This document shows, piece after piece, positions 8,067-17,499 of a stretch of 32,000 nt of DNA. The DNA is taken from assembly GCA_965247685.1 (NCBI GenBank), contig OZ252021.1, positions 240,001 to 272,000 on the forward strand. Direction: 5' to 3'. The notes under the pieces are model-generated. The model searched no databases. It was not told where the DNA came from and saw nothing but the letters and a program-made list of their open reading frames with translations. Source of the stretch: Bdellovibrionales bacterium (GTDB lineage Bacteria; Bdellovibrionota; Bdellovibrionia; Bdellovibrionales; UBA1609). The first letter of the stretch is position 1; the number at the start of each line of letters is the position of its first letter. The position numbers and the translations under genes are program-made.

Positions 8067-10139
8067 ATGGCGAATCACCCCATTTTTCAAATTCAAAAAG
8101 AATCCGATTTAAAAATCACCCGTAACGTGGGCATCATAGCTCACATTGATGCAGGAAAAACAACCCTTACAGAGCGTATTTTATTTTATACTGGAAGAAG
8201 TTATAAAATGGGGGAAGTGCATGATGGAAATACCATTATGGATTGGATGACTCAAGAACAAGAACGAGGAATCACCATCACATCTGCGGCAACTACCTGT
8301 TGCTGGACTCAGCATATGATTAATATTATTGATACTCCCGGACATGTAGACTTCACAATAGAAGTGGAAAGAAGTTTAAGAGTTTTAGATGGAGCTATTG
8401 CTGTATTCGATGGAGTCAATGGAGTCGAACCTCAATCTGAAACTGTGTGGAGGCAAGCAGATAAACACAAAGTCCCTCGTATTTGTTTTATTAACAAAAT
8501 GGATCGTGTAGGCGCTGACTTTGTATCTAGTGTGAATTCTATTCGAGAAAAACTAGGGGCTCACCCTGTAGCAACTCAATACCCTTTAGGAGAAGGGGAA
8601 GACTTTAAAGGTATCATCGACTTAATTACCTTTCGTCTTTATACTTGGTCTAAAGAATCTGGAGAAGAATATGAAGTCAATGAGATTCCCGATGAACATA
8701 AAGAAAAGTTCCAAAAACATAGAAATCAACTCATAGAAGATTTATGTGAGTGGGACGAAGCTTTAATGGAAAAATTTGTACAAGAAAAACCTATATCCGA
8801 AAAAGAAATTAAAAACTCTATTCGCAAATCAACCATTCATCTCAAATTAACTCCTGTGCTATGCGGCTCTGCTTTTAAAAATAAAGGAATTCAACCTTTA
8901 TTAGATGCCATTATTGATTATCTTCCGAGCCCTCTTGATATTCCTTCTGTAGAAGGAATTAATTCTAAAGGACACTCTGTTATCAGACAAACTCAATTTA
9001 AAGAAAAAGTAGCTGCACTTGCTTTTAAGATAACTATAGATTCTTTTGCTGGAACTCTCACATATGTTCGGGTGTATTCTGGAGAAATTCGATCCAGCTC
9101 TCAACTGATTAATAGTCGAATAAACAAAAAAGAAAGAGTGAACAAATTAGTCAAAATGCACTCACACTCTAAACAAGAAACGTCTGTGCTCAAGGCAGGT
9201 GATATTGGCGCTATATTAGGTCTCAAATGGACTCAAACAGGAGACACTCTATGCGAGGGAGAGCCTTTACTACTAGAGACTATTCACTTTCCAGAACCTG
9301 TCATCTCATTGGCCATAGAAGCACAGTCACAGGCGGAACAAAAAAAAATGATGGAATGTATTCGTATTTTGCAAAAAGAAGATCCTTCTTTTTCAGTTCG
9401 ATTTAATTCTGAAACAGGTCAAACTCTACTTGAAGGAATGGGTGAACTTCATTTAGATGTTCTGGTTTATAGATTAAAAAATGAATTTCATTTAAAGATA
9501 AATGTTGGAAAACCTCAAGTCTTCTTTAGAGAGACGTTGCTGAATACTGCTCAAAAAGAACATACATTTGCAAAAGATATTGCTGGAAAAAAACAATTTG
9601 CATCTTTAACTTTAAAGGTATTCCCTCTGGAGCGAGGAAAAGGTTTTGAGTTTCAAAATAAAATCTCTGATATTCCTCAACCCTTTCTTCAAGCTATTAA
9701 AGAAGGGATTCAAGAATCTTCTTCTGTGGGTGTTGTTGCGGGCTACCCCTTGCAAGACATTGGAGCCTGTTTAGTCCAATGGAATTACAAAGAAGGAGAG
9801 TCTACGGAGCTGGCATTTAAGGTCTGCGCTTCTCAAGCCTTTCATCAATGTGCAAAGCTGGCTCAAGGGCAAATGCTAGAGCCTATTTTTAAGTTAGAAG
9901 TTTTGACTCCTGAAGAATTTATAGGAGATGTCATTGGAGATTTGAATTCCAGAAGAGGACAAATAAGTGAAATTCAAAACAAAGGTCACCTTCAGGCGGT
10001 GCAAGCTAAAGCCCCTTTGTTGAATCTTATTGGTTATGCTACAGAGCTACGCTCTGTGACTCAAGGGCGTGCCAGTTTTTCAATGGAAATGATAGGTTAC
10101 GAAATCCTTCCAGAGTCTTTACAAAAAAAATTATCCTAA
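8067..10139 (+). CDS. fusA: Elongation factor G family translational GTPase (stand-alone, divergent paralog)
   Basis: 690-aa ORF with all G motifs ([30 protein letters not shown]) and full five-domain length. It is not preceded by rpsL/rpsG. Confidence 0.9.
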   Translation: MANHPIFQIQKESDLKITRNVGIIAHIDAGKTTLTERILFYTGRSYKMGEVHDGNTIMDWMTQEQERGITITSAATTCCWTQHMINIIDTPGHVDFTIEVERSLRVLDGAIAVFDGVNGVEPQSETVWRQADKHKVPRICFINKMDRVGADFVSSVNSIREKLGAHPVATQYPLGEGEDFKGIIDLITFRLYTWSKESGEEYEVNEIPDEHKEKFQKHRNQLIEDLCEWDEALMEKFVQEKPISEKEIKNSIRKSTIHLKLTPVLCGSAFKNKGIQPLLDAIIDYLPSPLDIPSVEGINSKGHSVIRQTQFKEKVAALAFKITIDSFAGTLTYVRVYSGEIRSSSQLINSRINKKERVNKLVKMHSHSKQETSVLKAGDIGAILGLKWTQTGDTLCEGEPLLLETIHFPEPVISLAIEAQSQAEQKKMMECIRILQKEDPSFSVRFNSETGQTLLEGMGELHLDVLVYRLKNEFHLKINVGKPQVFFRETLLNTAQKEHTFAKDIAGKKQFASLTLKVFPLERGKGFEFQNKISDIPQPFLQAIKEGIQESSSVGVVAGYPLQDIGACLVQWNYKEGESTELAFKVCASQAFHQCAKLAQGQMLEPIFKLEVLTPEEFIGDVIGDLNSRRGQISEIQNKGHLQAVQAKAPLLNLIGYATELRSVTQGRASFSMEMIGYEILPESLQKKLS

Positions 10140-10316
10140 ATTTGAATGCATGAATTCAAGTGAGGACTACTTAGTTGAAGAGAAACTTTGAAAATGAATT
10201 CCTCCTATCAAAAGAAAAATTAATCAAAAGAAAAATTAAGATTTTAAAATATTGAATTAAGTTTCTTGTTTTATTCATTATTCGGATATTTTAACTTTTT
10301 TTTTTTAAATAAAAGG

Positions 10317-11513
10317 CTAATCAAACCGTAAACCTTCGTAAGGTAAAAGTTTGATGGCTTTTCTCACTGGCATCCAAACGCTCAGCAGGCAAATCGCCAT
10401 GGTAAATACGAAAACCATAGCAAAATCCCTCCAATTTAATTTTAAAACAATCTGATTGAGCTCATAAATATTGGCAGGAATCAACCAACCCCATACATTA
10501 TAAATTAATAAAATGTAACAAAGACCTATGGCAAGCAAAAACCCTAAAAGGATACCAATAAAACTTAAAATCACAACCTGAATTAAAAACAACTGAACAA
10601 TCAAAGATCGAGATGCACCCATAGCTTTTAGTATACCAATATCTTGAAAACGTTTAATCACCTGAAGAGAGAATTGATTCGATATATTAAAAGATGCAAC
10701 AATAATAAGAACAATTAAAATAAAAAAGATTATTGTTTTTTCTTTTTGTATCGCAAAAAATAAATTTTTATTAATGGATTTCCAATCCTGCACCCAATAA
10801 TCTGGATTATTGCTTAATGAACGCAATAAAGTTTCAATATCTTTTTCCGAATTCATTAAAATCCGAAGTCCCATAATTTCATGGGCCTTGGAGTTTATCA
10901 ATTTTTGAGCCAAAGATAAGCGAACGGCAACATATCTAGAATTAAAATCATATCTTCCAAGATCTACAATACCAGCTACAGAAAGTTTTTGTAGCCGAGG
11001 TTGAATACTCGATCTCTCTTTTTGAGCTACAGCTACATAGAAAGAAGAATCCACTTTCAAATTCAGCTTGGAAGCTAATTCTTTTCCTACAATGGCTGTG
11101 AAAGGTTTTTGAATAAATTGACCTTCAATCAGACGACTTTCTAAATTCATCACGGATTGAGCATAGTTCAAAGGAACTCCTTCCACCAGTACACCTGAAG
11201 TTTCTCCTTCAGAAAGAGCCAAAGCCTCCATAGAAATAAATGGCACAAATGCCTTAATTTTATCAGAAAACGGTTGAATCACATTCTTCAAATCTTTTAC
11301 AGAAGAAGTGACCCCTCCCCTATTCAATAAAACAATATGTCCTGTGCGTGTCACAAGTGTTGTTTTTAAAGTCTCCTCATAACTACTCATGATAATTAAT
11401 GTCACTGTGATGCATATCACAGCTAATACAAGGCCTAGAAGACTAATAACAGTTTCTAATTTAATAAAATGATTTGAAGAAAATAGTAATCTTTTTAACC
11501 AAATCCATAACAT
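10317..11513 (-). CDS. LolC/LolE-family (FtsX-type) permease, copy 2
   Basis: Same topology as copy 1. I prefer the ATG at 11513 (MLWIWLKRLLF...), which has GAGGG 8-9 nt upstream. The track's TTG at 11558 has no Shine-Dalgarno sequence and sits 9 nt after the prfB stop. Confidence 0.75.
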   Translation of the reverse strand: MLWIWLKRLLFSSNHFIKLETVISLLGLVLAVICITVTLIIMSSYEETLKTTLVTRTGHIVLLNRGGVTSSVKDLKNVIQPFSDKIKAFVPFISMEALALSEGETSGVLVEGVPLNYAQSVMNLESRLIEGQFIQKPFTAIVGKELASKLNLKVDSSFYVAVAQKERSSIQPRLQKLSVAGIVDLGRYDFNSRYVAVRLSLAQKLINSKAHEIMGLRILMNSEKDIETLLRSLSNNPDYWVQDWKSINKNLFFAIQKEKTIIFFILIVLIIVASFNISNQFSLQVIKRFQDIGILKAMGASRSLIVQLFLIQVVILSFIGILLGFLLAIGLCYILLIYNVWGWLIPANIYELNQIVLKLNWRDFAMVFVFTMAICLLSVWMPVRKAIKLLPYEGLRFD

Positions 11514-11566
11514 AAAAAATACCCTCACTGACTTTAGATATTCACAACACTTTAACAAATAAACTT

Positions 11567-12677
11567 TTATTCTTTTTTCTTTAAAAAAGATTCAATAAAA
11601 CCATCAATGTCTCCATCTAATACATTTTCAGGACGAGAGTGCTCGACTCCAGTTCTTAGATCTTTAACCATTTTATAAGGGTGAAGAATATAACTCCTAA
11701 TTTGACTTCCCCACTCATTTGCTTTTTTAGTCGACTGCAAGTTTTCTCTTTCTTTTTCCTTTTTTTCTATTTCCAATTGATACAATACAGATTGAAGAAC
11801 TTTCATCGCTTGATTACGATTCGCATGTTGACTTCTTTGGTTTTGACACTGGACGACCTGACCGGTGGGAATATGAGTGATACGTACAGCAGAATCTGTT
11901 TTGTTTACATGCTGTCCACCTGCACCACTGGCACGATAAGTATCCACTCGGATGTCTTCAGGTTTAATCTCAATGGAAATATCATCTTGAATTTCCGGCC
12001 AAACAAAAACAGATGAGAAACTCGTGTGTCTCCTAGAGTTGGAATCAAATGGACTAATGCGAACCAGACGATGAACACCAGACTCTCCTTTGAGATATCC
12101 ATAAGCATACGAGCCGGAAGCGTTTATAGTCACCGATTTGATGCCTGCTTCCTCCCCTTCAATCAAAGAAATCACTTCCGATTGAAAACCTTTTTTTTCG
12201 ATCCATCTAAGGTACATACGATAAAGCATCAAAGACCAGTCTTGTGCCTCCGTACCTCCCGCACCAGAATTAATAGTTAAATAGGCATTGCATTTATCCT
12301 GCTCTCCAGAAAGAAAACTTTTAACTTCTAAGGACTGTATGGATTTAAAAATCTTTTCAAAATCTTTTTTGATATCTTTAAAACACTGCTCATCTTTTTC
12401 TTCATCTGCAATTTGCAAAAGCTCTTGAGACTCTTTAAGCTGTCGATGAAGATTTTCCCATTCTTCTATAGTCTGTTTAAAGAGAGTTTTTTCTTTACTG
12501 AGTTGAGCTAGTTTTTTATGCTGACTCCAATTACTGGAATCATTAATTTGTTCGTCTAATCTTTTAACTTGTTGTTTCTTATTATCGATTTCAAAGAAAC
12601 CTCCAAAGTTCCAAAATCTTTTGCACTTGACCTTTGAAGTCATTTTGCAATTGAGTTATTTCTGTTTCAATACTCAT
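11567..12677 (-). CDS. prfB: Peptide chain release factor 2, expressed through a programmed +1 ribosomal frameshift: join(12677..12594, 12592..11567) on the minus strand
   Basis: The ATG at 12677 has AAGGGAG upstream. Frame 0 reads MSIETEITQLQNDFKGQVQKILELWRFL, then an in-frame TGA. The +1 frame continues EIDNKKQQVKRLDEQ... into the 358-aa track ORF, which contains SPF (RISPFDS) and GGQ (SGAGGQHVNKT). Confidence 0.93.
12591..12604 (-). promoter_or_regulatory. prfB recoding signal: internal Shine-Dalgarno-like GGAGG, a 3-nt spacer, and the CTT TGA shift site
   Basis: The minus strand reads tGGAGGtttCTTTGAa. E. coli prfB has AGGGGGtatCTTTGAc. Confidence 0.85.
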
Positions 12678-12733
12678 TTTTTTCTCCCTTATTCCGTTTG
12701 TATCACACTTTATCTTATAGACTCAAATAGAAT

Positions 12734-13201
12734 TTATTCATAGAGCTTATCGAAAATTTGATCTTGCAATCGATACATTTTTTGAGCTTCTTTTAAACTT
12801 TTCTCATGATCGTAGCCCAATAGATGAAGAAACCCATGAAGTAAGAGATAAGCTGTTTCTTCTCGAACAGACACACCTTTTTTTCTTGCTTTTTTCTGAA
12901 CATATTGAGGGCATAAAACAAGCTCCCCTAACAGGTTTTGTGAAAATGGAAACTTCGTGGAATCCGAATGACGAGCTGAAAAACTCAAAACATCTGTAAC
13001 CTTGTCATGACTGCGAAATTTTTTATTCAGCCTTTTCATTTCCTTTTCGATCACAAAAACAACATCAATGTTGAGACTCATCAAATTGAACTTGATCTTT
13101 CTTTGTTTTAATTCTCTCACAATTTTTTTCATCCAATTTTGAATAAAAACTTGTGAAACCACTCTTTGCTGAGAATTATTGAATACTTTAACGATCATCA
13201 C
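12734..13201 (-). CDS. ybeY: Endoribonuclease YbeY (rRNA maturation factor)
   Basis: 155-aa ORF with the metal-binding motif HGFLHLLGYDHE. It overlaps the murJ 3' end by 14 nt. Confidence 0.9.
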   Translation of the reverse strand: MMIVKVFNNSQQRVVSQVFIQNWMKKIVRELKQRKIKFNLMSLNIDVVFVIEKEMKRLNKKFRSHDKVTDVLSFSARHSDSTKFPFSQNLLGELVLCPQYVQKKARKKGVSVREETAYLLLHGFLHLLGYDHEKSLKEAQKMYRLQDQIFDKLYE

Positions 13202-14807
13202 TTAAAAATCTTACCTTTCTTTTAAAAAAATTAAAGCACTCTTGAGCCGGCACTACTTTAAAAATGAGACCTAGTAATCCATACAAAATAATAGAACTAA
13301 AAACCGTCCAAGCTAGAGCTATAATTTGAGATACTCCCGAAGATAAATAAGATTCCATCAACAAAACCACCTGATCAAAAATAAAATAAATATAAAAACC
13401 GTATACTAATAAAGGAATCAAATTAGAAATCAACCTCCTTAAAGTTCTTATCCAATAAAACTTTCCTATTATTTGAGGATAAGCTCCTGTCAGAAAAACT
13501 AATTGCACAATAGAAGACAATAGAGTCGCACTCACAAGACCTTTTAAACCCCATAAGTGAATTAATAAGGGAGCTATAAGAACATGAGCCACCAAACTTA
13601 TTATCGTACAGCAAGCGGGATACCAAGTATTTTTGATAGAGAAAAAACAGGTGCTTATTACTTGATTCAAAGATACAACCACAAGGAGAGGACTGTATAT
13701 TCTTAACACCTCAGCAGTATTTAAAATAGCCATCTCGTCAAATTTTCCATGCCCAAAAAGAGTCTCTACGATAGAACTTCCTAAAAAATAAAGAGCTAAA
13801 GCACAAGGAGAAACAATATAGATTAAAATATCTCTTTGATGAGCACCTAAATCTAAAAGGGAATCTGATCTCTTTAAAGCAGACAACTTAGAAAGTGTAG
13901 GAAGGAGAGCTGTCCCAATACTGACAGCAATCAAAGAACGAGGAAGTTCTAACAACCGATCGGCATAGTAGATATAAGTATGAGCACCTTCTTCGAGCCA
14001 TCCTGCAAAAAAGACATTAAACATCCCCAGAAGGGCAAAGCCTCCTACACCGGCAATAGCAGGTAAAAATTGAACAAGCACTGTACGCCAATGATTGGAT
14101 GTTAAAGAAAAAGTAGGTCTTGGTAAAAAGTTCAATTTGATCAAGACTATCGCTACCATTACAGTTTGCAGAACCCCTCCTAGTAAAACTCCTATCACAA
14201 GAACCATTGATGGGTATTGGAAAATCACTTCTGGAACAAAAAGAACACATGAAATAATAGAAATATTAAAAATTCCAGGAGCTAGAGCCGGAATAAAAAA
14301 CTTCTTTAATGCATTTGCAACAGCTGTGTAGTACGCATAATTAATCACTAAGAACAAATAGAGAAATAAGAATCGAGCAAGGTAAATGGTCATATCTATT
14401 TTACCTTCAATTTGAGAAAAAGAATAAGAGCTAAACATCCAGTGAATAATAGAATCCATCATCATAACACCTAGAACAGTCAGACTGGAGATCGCAATAA
14501 GGAGGAGAGTGTAAATGCTATTCATTAAATTTCTTGCACTCACAAAATCTTTTTCAACATACGAAGAACCATAGAGACATTCTGTAAAGACAGGAATAAA
14601 ACTGACAGTCAATGCTCCCTCTCCAAAGAATCTTCTGAAAAAATTAGGAAAACGGAAAGCCACAAAAAAGGCATCTGTTTCTGTTCTCGTAAAGAAATAA
14701 CCAATGACCATGTCACGAACAAAGCCTAATATTCGACTGAGTAGTGTTCCCATAGACATAGCGAGAGACTTACGATTCACTTTTTTTGTTAATTTTGTAA
14801 TCGACAT
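13188..14807 (-). CDS. murJ: Lipid II flippase MurJ (MviN)
   Basis: 539-aa polytopic membrane protein. The N-terminus SMGTLLSRILGFVRDMVIGYFFTRTETDAFFVAFRFPNFFRRFFGEGAL is the typical MurJ signature. Confidence 0.9.
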   Translation of the reverse strand: MSITKLTKKVNRKSLAMSMGTLLSRILGFVRDMVIGYFFTRTETDAFFVAFRFPNFFRRFFGEGALTVSFIPVFTECLYGSSYVEKDFVSARNLMNSIYTLLLIAISSLTVLGVMMMDSIIHWMFSSYSFSQIEGKIDMTIYLARFLFLYLFLVINYAYYTAVANALKKFFIPALAPGIFNISIISCVLFVPEVIFQYPSMVLVIGVLLGGVLQTVMVAIVLIKLNFLPRPTFSLTSNHWRTVLVQFLPAIAGVGGFALLGMFNVFFAGWLEEGAHTYIYYADRLLELPRSLIAVSIGTALLPTLSKLSALKRSDSLLDLGAHQRDILIYIVSPCALALYFLGSSIVETLFGHGKFDEMAILNTAEVLRIYSPLLVVVSLNQVISTCFFSIKNTWYPACCTIISLVAHVLIAPLLIHLWGLKGLVSATLLSSIVQLVFLTGAYPQIIGKFYWIRTLRRLISNLIPLLVYGFYIYFIFDQVVLLMESYLSSGVSQIIALAWTVFSSIILYGLLGLIFKVVPAQECFNFFKRKVRFLSDDR

Positions 14808-14957
14808 GATAATAAATCTCTTGTTTAGGTATCTAACTCTATGGTATGAGTGTTTTGGTCGAATTGCAAAGAAACTTCATTGTACACGGAGTTTTGGTTG
14901 AGATTGCAAGTACAAAATTCATAGTTTACAGGAATCCTAAAGAGGAGGAATGATCCG

Positions 14958-15218
14958 GTGGCAAATCATAAATCTGCAAAAAAAAGAGCACGCAGTTCTT
15001 TGCGTAAAAAAAATTATAATAAAATAACCAAAGGAAAGGTTAAAATACTCGAAAAAAATTTAAGACAAAGCGTCGCACAGAAAGACAAATCTCAATCTGA
15101 AAAATCTTTTAAAGATCTAGTCAGTCAATTGGACAAGGCTGCTCAAAAAGGATGCTATAAACTCAATAAATCTGCCCGCAAGAAATCAAGAATGTCTCGA
15201 CTTGTGCAATCTTTGTAA
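14958..15218 (+). CDS. rpsT: 30S ribosomal protein S20
   Basis: 86-aa basic protein (M)ANHKSAKKRARSS.... It has a GTG start and a strong AGAGGAGG Shine-Dalgarno sequence. Confidence 0.9.
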   Translation: MANHKSAKKRARSSLRKKNYNKITKGKVKILEKNLRQSVAQKDKSQSEKSFKDLVSQLDKAAQKGCYKLNKSARKKSRMSRLVQSL

Positions 15219-15223
15219 ATTAT

Positions 15224-16219
15224 TTATAAAGAGCAGGCTTTGAGCACCATATTTTCAAGCCAAATATGAGAAGAAACTGGAGAAGATTTTAAAGCCCTAT
15301 CCGTAGCATGAAGAATTTCTGTCATTTTAGAAATTTTACTCTCATCCCATAACTGCACCTGATTCATATAATCTTTTAAAAAATACATGGGAACCCCCGC
15401 TCGAACACTTAGATCATTAGATTTTAATCCTTCCTTAATCCCTTCCTGAAGTTGACTAAGAATGCGAATATGTCGAGTCACTAAAACTAGTAAACCCACT
15501 TCACTTTCATGATCTTCTAATAAGTGGGCTAAACAACTCAGCGACTGACTGACATCTTGGCGGCCAATAGCTTCCGTAAATGAAAAAACATTTTCCGGCC
15601 GTACTCGTGCAACAACTTGTACGATATCTTCTTCTTTAACAAAATCTTTATCTAAAGCTCTAATTTTTTTCAGCTCATTTTGAATACTCATCAAACTTGG
15701 ACCTGCTAATTTTGCAAGCAAATCGATAGAGTCATAAGATAACTTTAAACCTTCAGAAGAAGCCATCCACTGCACCCATTGATGCAGCTCCCTAGCTTTG
15801 GGTCTCATATTACGCACCATATAAGTATGACTTAATAAAACTTTGGATGCTTTTTTTCTCTTATCTAGTTCTTTACAGGTGAACACCAAAATAGAAGACG
15901 AAGGAAGATCTTGCACAACCGGAAGAAGAGTATTCCAATCCTTTTCTGTCAACAGATGAGCATCATGACATAAAACGACTCTTCTTTCGCAAAATACAGG
16001 CAAAGTTTCCAAAGATTCCCTCATCTGATGAACAGAATTCTCCTTGGCATAAAAAACATTTAGATTAAAATCCTGCTCATCTTTAGAAGGAAGCCATTTT
16101 TGTAACAATATTTTCAAGGATTCTTTTTGCAAATATTCTTCATCACCCAATAAGCAATACACAGACGAAGGTGAACTCAACTGCAAATGTTGTCTTAAAT
16201 CTTTAATAGTATGACTCAT
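15224..16219 (-). CDS. holA: DNA polymerase III delta subunit
   Basis: 331-aa ORF. Its length and N-terminal pattern (VYCLLGDEEYL...) fit the HolA clamp-loader delta family. It is convergent with rpsT. Confidence 0.75.
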   Translation of the reverse strand: MSHTIKDLRQHLQLSSPSSVYCLLGDEEYLQKESLKILLQKWLPSKDEQDFNLNVFYAKENSVHQMRESLETLPVFCERRVVLCHDAHLLTEKDWNTLLPVVQDLPSSSILVFTCKELDKRKKASKVLLSHTYMVRNMRPKARELHQWVQWMASSEGLKLSYDSIDLLAKLAGPSLMSIQNELKKIRALDKDFVKEEDIVQVVARVRPENVFSFTEAIGRQDVSQSLSCLAHLLEDHESEVGLLVLVTRHIRILSQLQEGIKEGLKSNDLSVRAGVPMYFLKDYMNQVQLWDESKISKMTEILHATDRALKSSPVSSHIWLENMVLKACSL

Positions 16220-16338
16220 AGCACTTTATAAAAAATATACTCCTATGTAATCCTCTTTTATTCAAATAAAAAAGTTAGATATTTCGTTTGAAAGTCCTAC
16301 TTGAATATTATAGATTTGTTCTGAAAAAAAGGTTCATT

Positions 16339-17499
16339 ATGCCCGATTCAATACTTTTAACACCAGGTCCTGTACCTCTATCCAAAAGTGTGAAAGAGCA
16401 ACTAGGTCGGGATATGATTCACCATCGATCCAATGAGATCAAAGAAGCTTTGTTTGAAATTCAGTCTTGTTTACAACAAATTTTCAAGACAAAAGAACAT
16501 GTCTATATTCTACACTCTACAGGTACAGGAGCTATGGAAGCGGCTCTCACAAACACTTTATCTGCGAAAGACGAAGTCCTTGTGGTGTGTGGTGGAAAAT
16601 TTGGAGAGAGATGGAAAACATTGGCTCAAACTTATCAACTCAAAACCCATGAAATTTCTGTCACTTGGGGACATCCTGTAAAAGCTGCTCAAGTGGAGCA
16701 AAAGTTAAAACAACATCCTCAGATTAAAGCTATACTGATACAATGTTGCGAAACCAGTACAGCCACCCGACATCCCATTGAGGAAATAGCTCGCTTAACT
16801 AAAGATAACCCTCAAGTTCTCTTGGTTATAGATGCTATTTCCTCACTGCTTGTTCATGATCTTTTTATGGATGAATGGGGGTTGGATGTTGTCATTGGTG
16901 GTTCTCAAAAATCTTTTGCTTTACCTGCGGGCTTATCTTTTATCGCACTTTCTAAGAAGGCGCAAAAATTTCAATCTATTTCTCAATTACCTAAATTTTA
17001 TTTTGATCTTTCAAAAGAACAAAAGGCTAATCAAAAAGGGCAGACAAGTTATACTTCCAATGTAAGTTTTATTCGAGCTTTACGCGTCCAACTGAAAAAT
17101 TATATGCAACAAGGTTTGACTAATATTCAAAAAAGAAGCTGCAATTGGGCAAAAATAACACAACAATTTGCACAAGATCTCAATTTATCTTTGCTCTCAA
17201 AGTCTCCATCTTCTTCTGTGACAGCTATTTCTTTACCTCATAATATAGATGGTAAACAAATCAAAAATTTTATGCTCAAAAATAATATCTTCATTGGCGG
17301 AGGACAAGATCAATTGGAAGGTAAAATTATTCGTTTTGGACACTTAGGGGAAATTCCAAATAAACACCTCTTACAAGGGTTTAAAGTGTTTGCTCAAGCT
17401 TTAAAAGATCAACTGCCATCCACCTACACAGACCATTTGATCAATGTTGCACTTTCTAAAGCAGAAAAATCTTTAGGGAGCTCTAGTGAATCATCATAA
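16339..17499 (+). CDS. Class V pyridoxal-phosphate aminotransferase (serine-pyruvate / alanine-glyoxylate type)
   Basis: MPDSILLTPGPVPLS... is a typical N-terminus, and the PLP lysine sits in the context GGSQKSFALPAGLS. I prefer the ATG at 16339, which has AAAGG upstream, over the track's TTG at 16288. Confidence 0.8.
   Translation: MPDSILLTPGPVPLSKSVKEQLGRDMIHHRSNEIKEALFEIQSCLQQIFKTKEHVYILHSTGTGAMEAALTNTLSAKDEVLVVCGGKFGERWKTLAQTYQLKTHEISVTWGHPVKAAQVEQKLKQHPQIKAILIQCCETSTATRHPIEEIARLTKDNPQVLLVIDAISSLLVHDLFMDEWGLDVVIGGSQKSFALPAGLSFIALSKKAQKFQSISQLPKFYFDLSKEQKANQKGQTSYTSNVSFIRALRVQLKNYMQQGLTNIQKRSCNWAKITQQFAQDLNLSLLSKSPSSSVTAISLPHNIDGKQIKNFMLKNNIFIGGGQDQLEGKIIRFGHLGEIPNKHLLQGFKVFAQALKDQLPSTYTDHLINVALSKAEKSLGSSSESS

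Noticed and set aside
11514-11558. Longer LolC/E-2 start at TTG 11558
   Set aside because: It has no Shine-Dalgarno sequence and lies 9 nt after the prfB stop. The ATG at 11513 has GAGGG upstream and gives the typical family N-terminus.
12591-12593. In-frame TGA in prfB read as a pseudogene lesion or a selenocysteine codon
   Set aside because: The CTT-TGA context with the upstream GGAGG is the conserved RF2 programmed +1 frameshift site. The +1 frame continues with RF2 homology.
15211-15231. AT-only near-palindrome (ctttgtaaat-t-atttataaag) spanning the rpsT and holA stop codons as a bidirectional terminator
   Set aside because: The stem is almost entirely A-T with an essentially absent loop, which is too weak to call.
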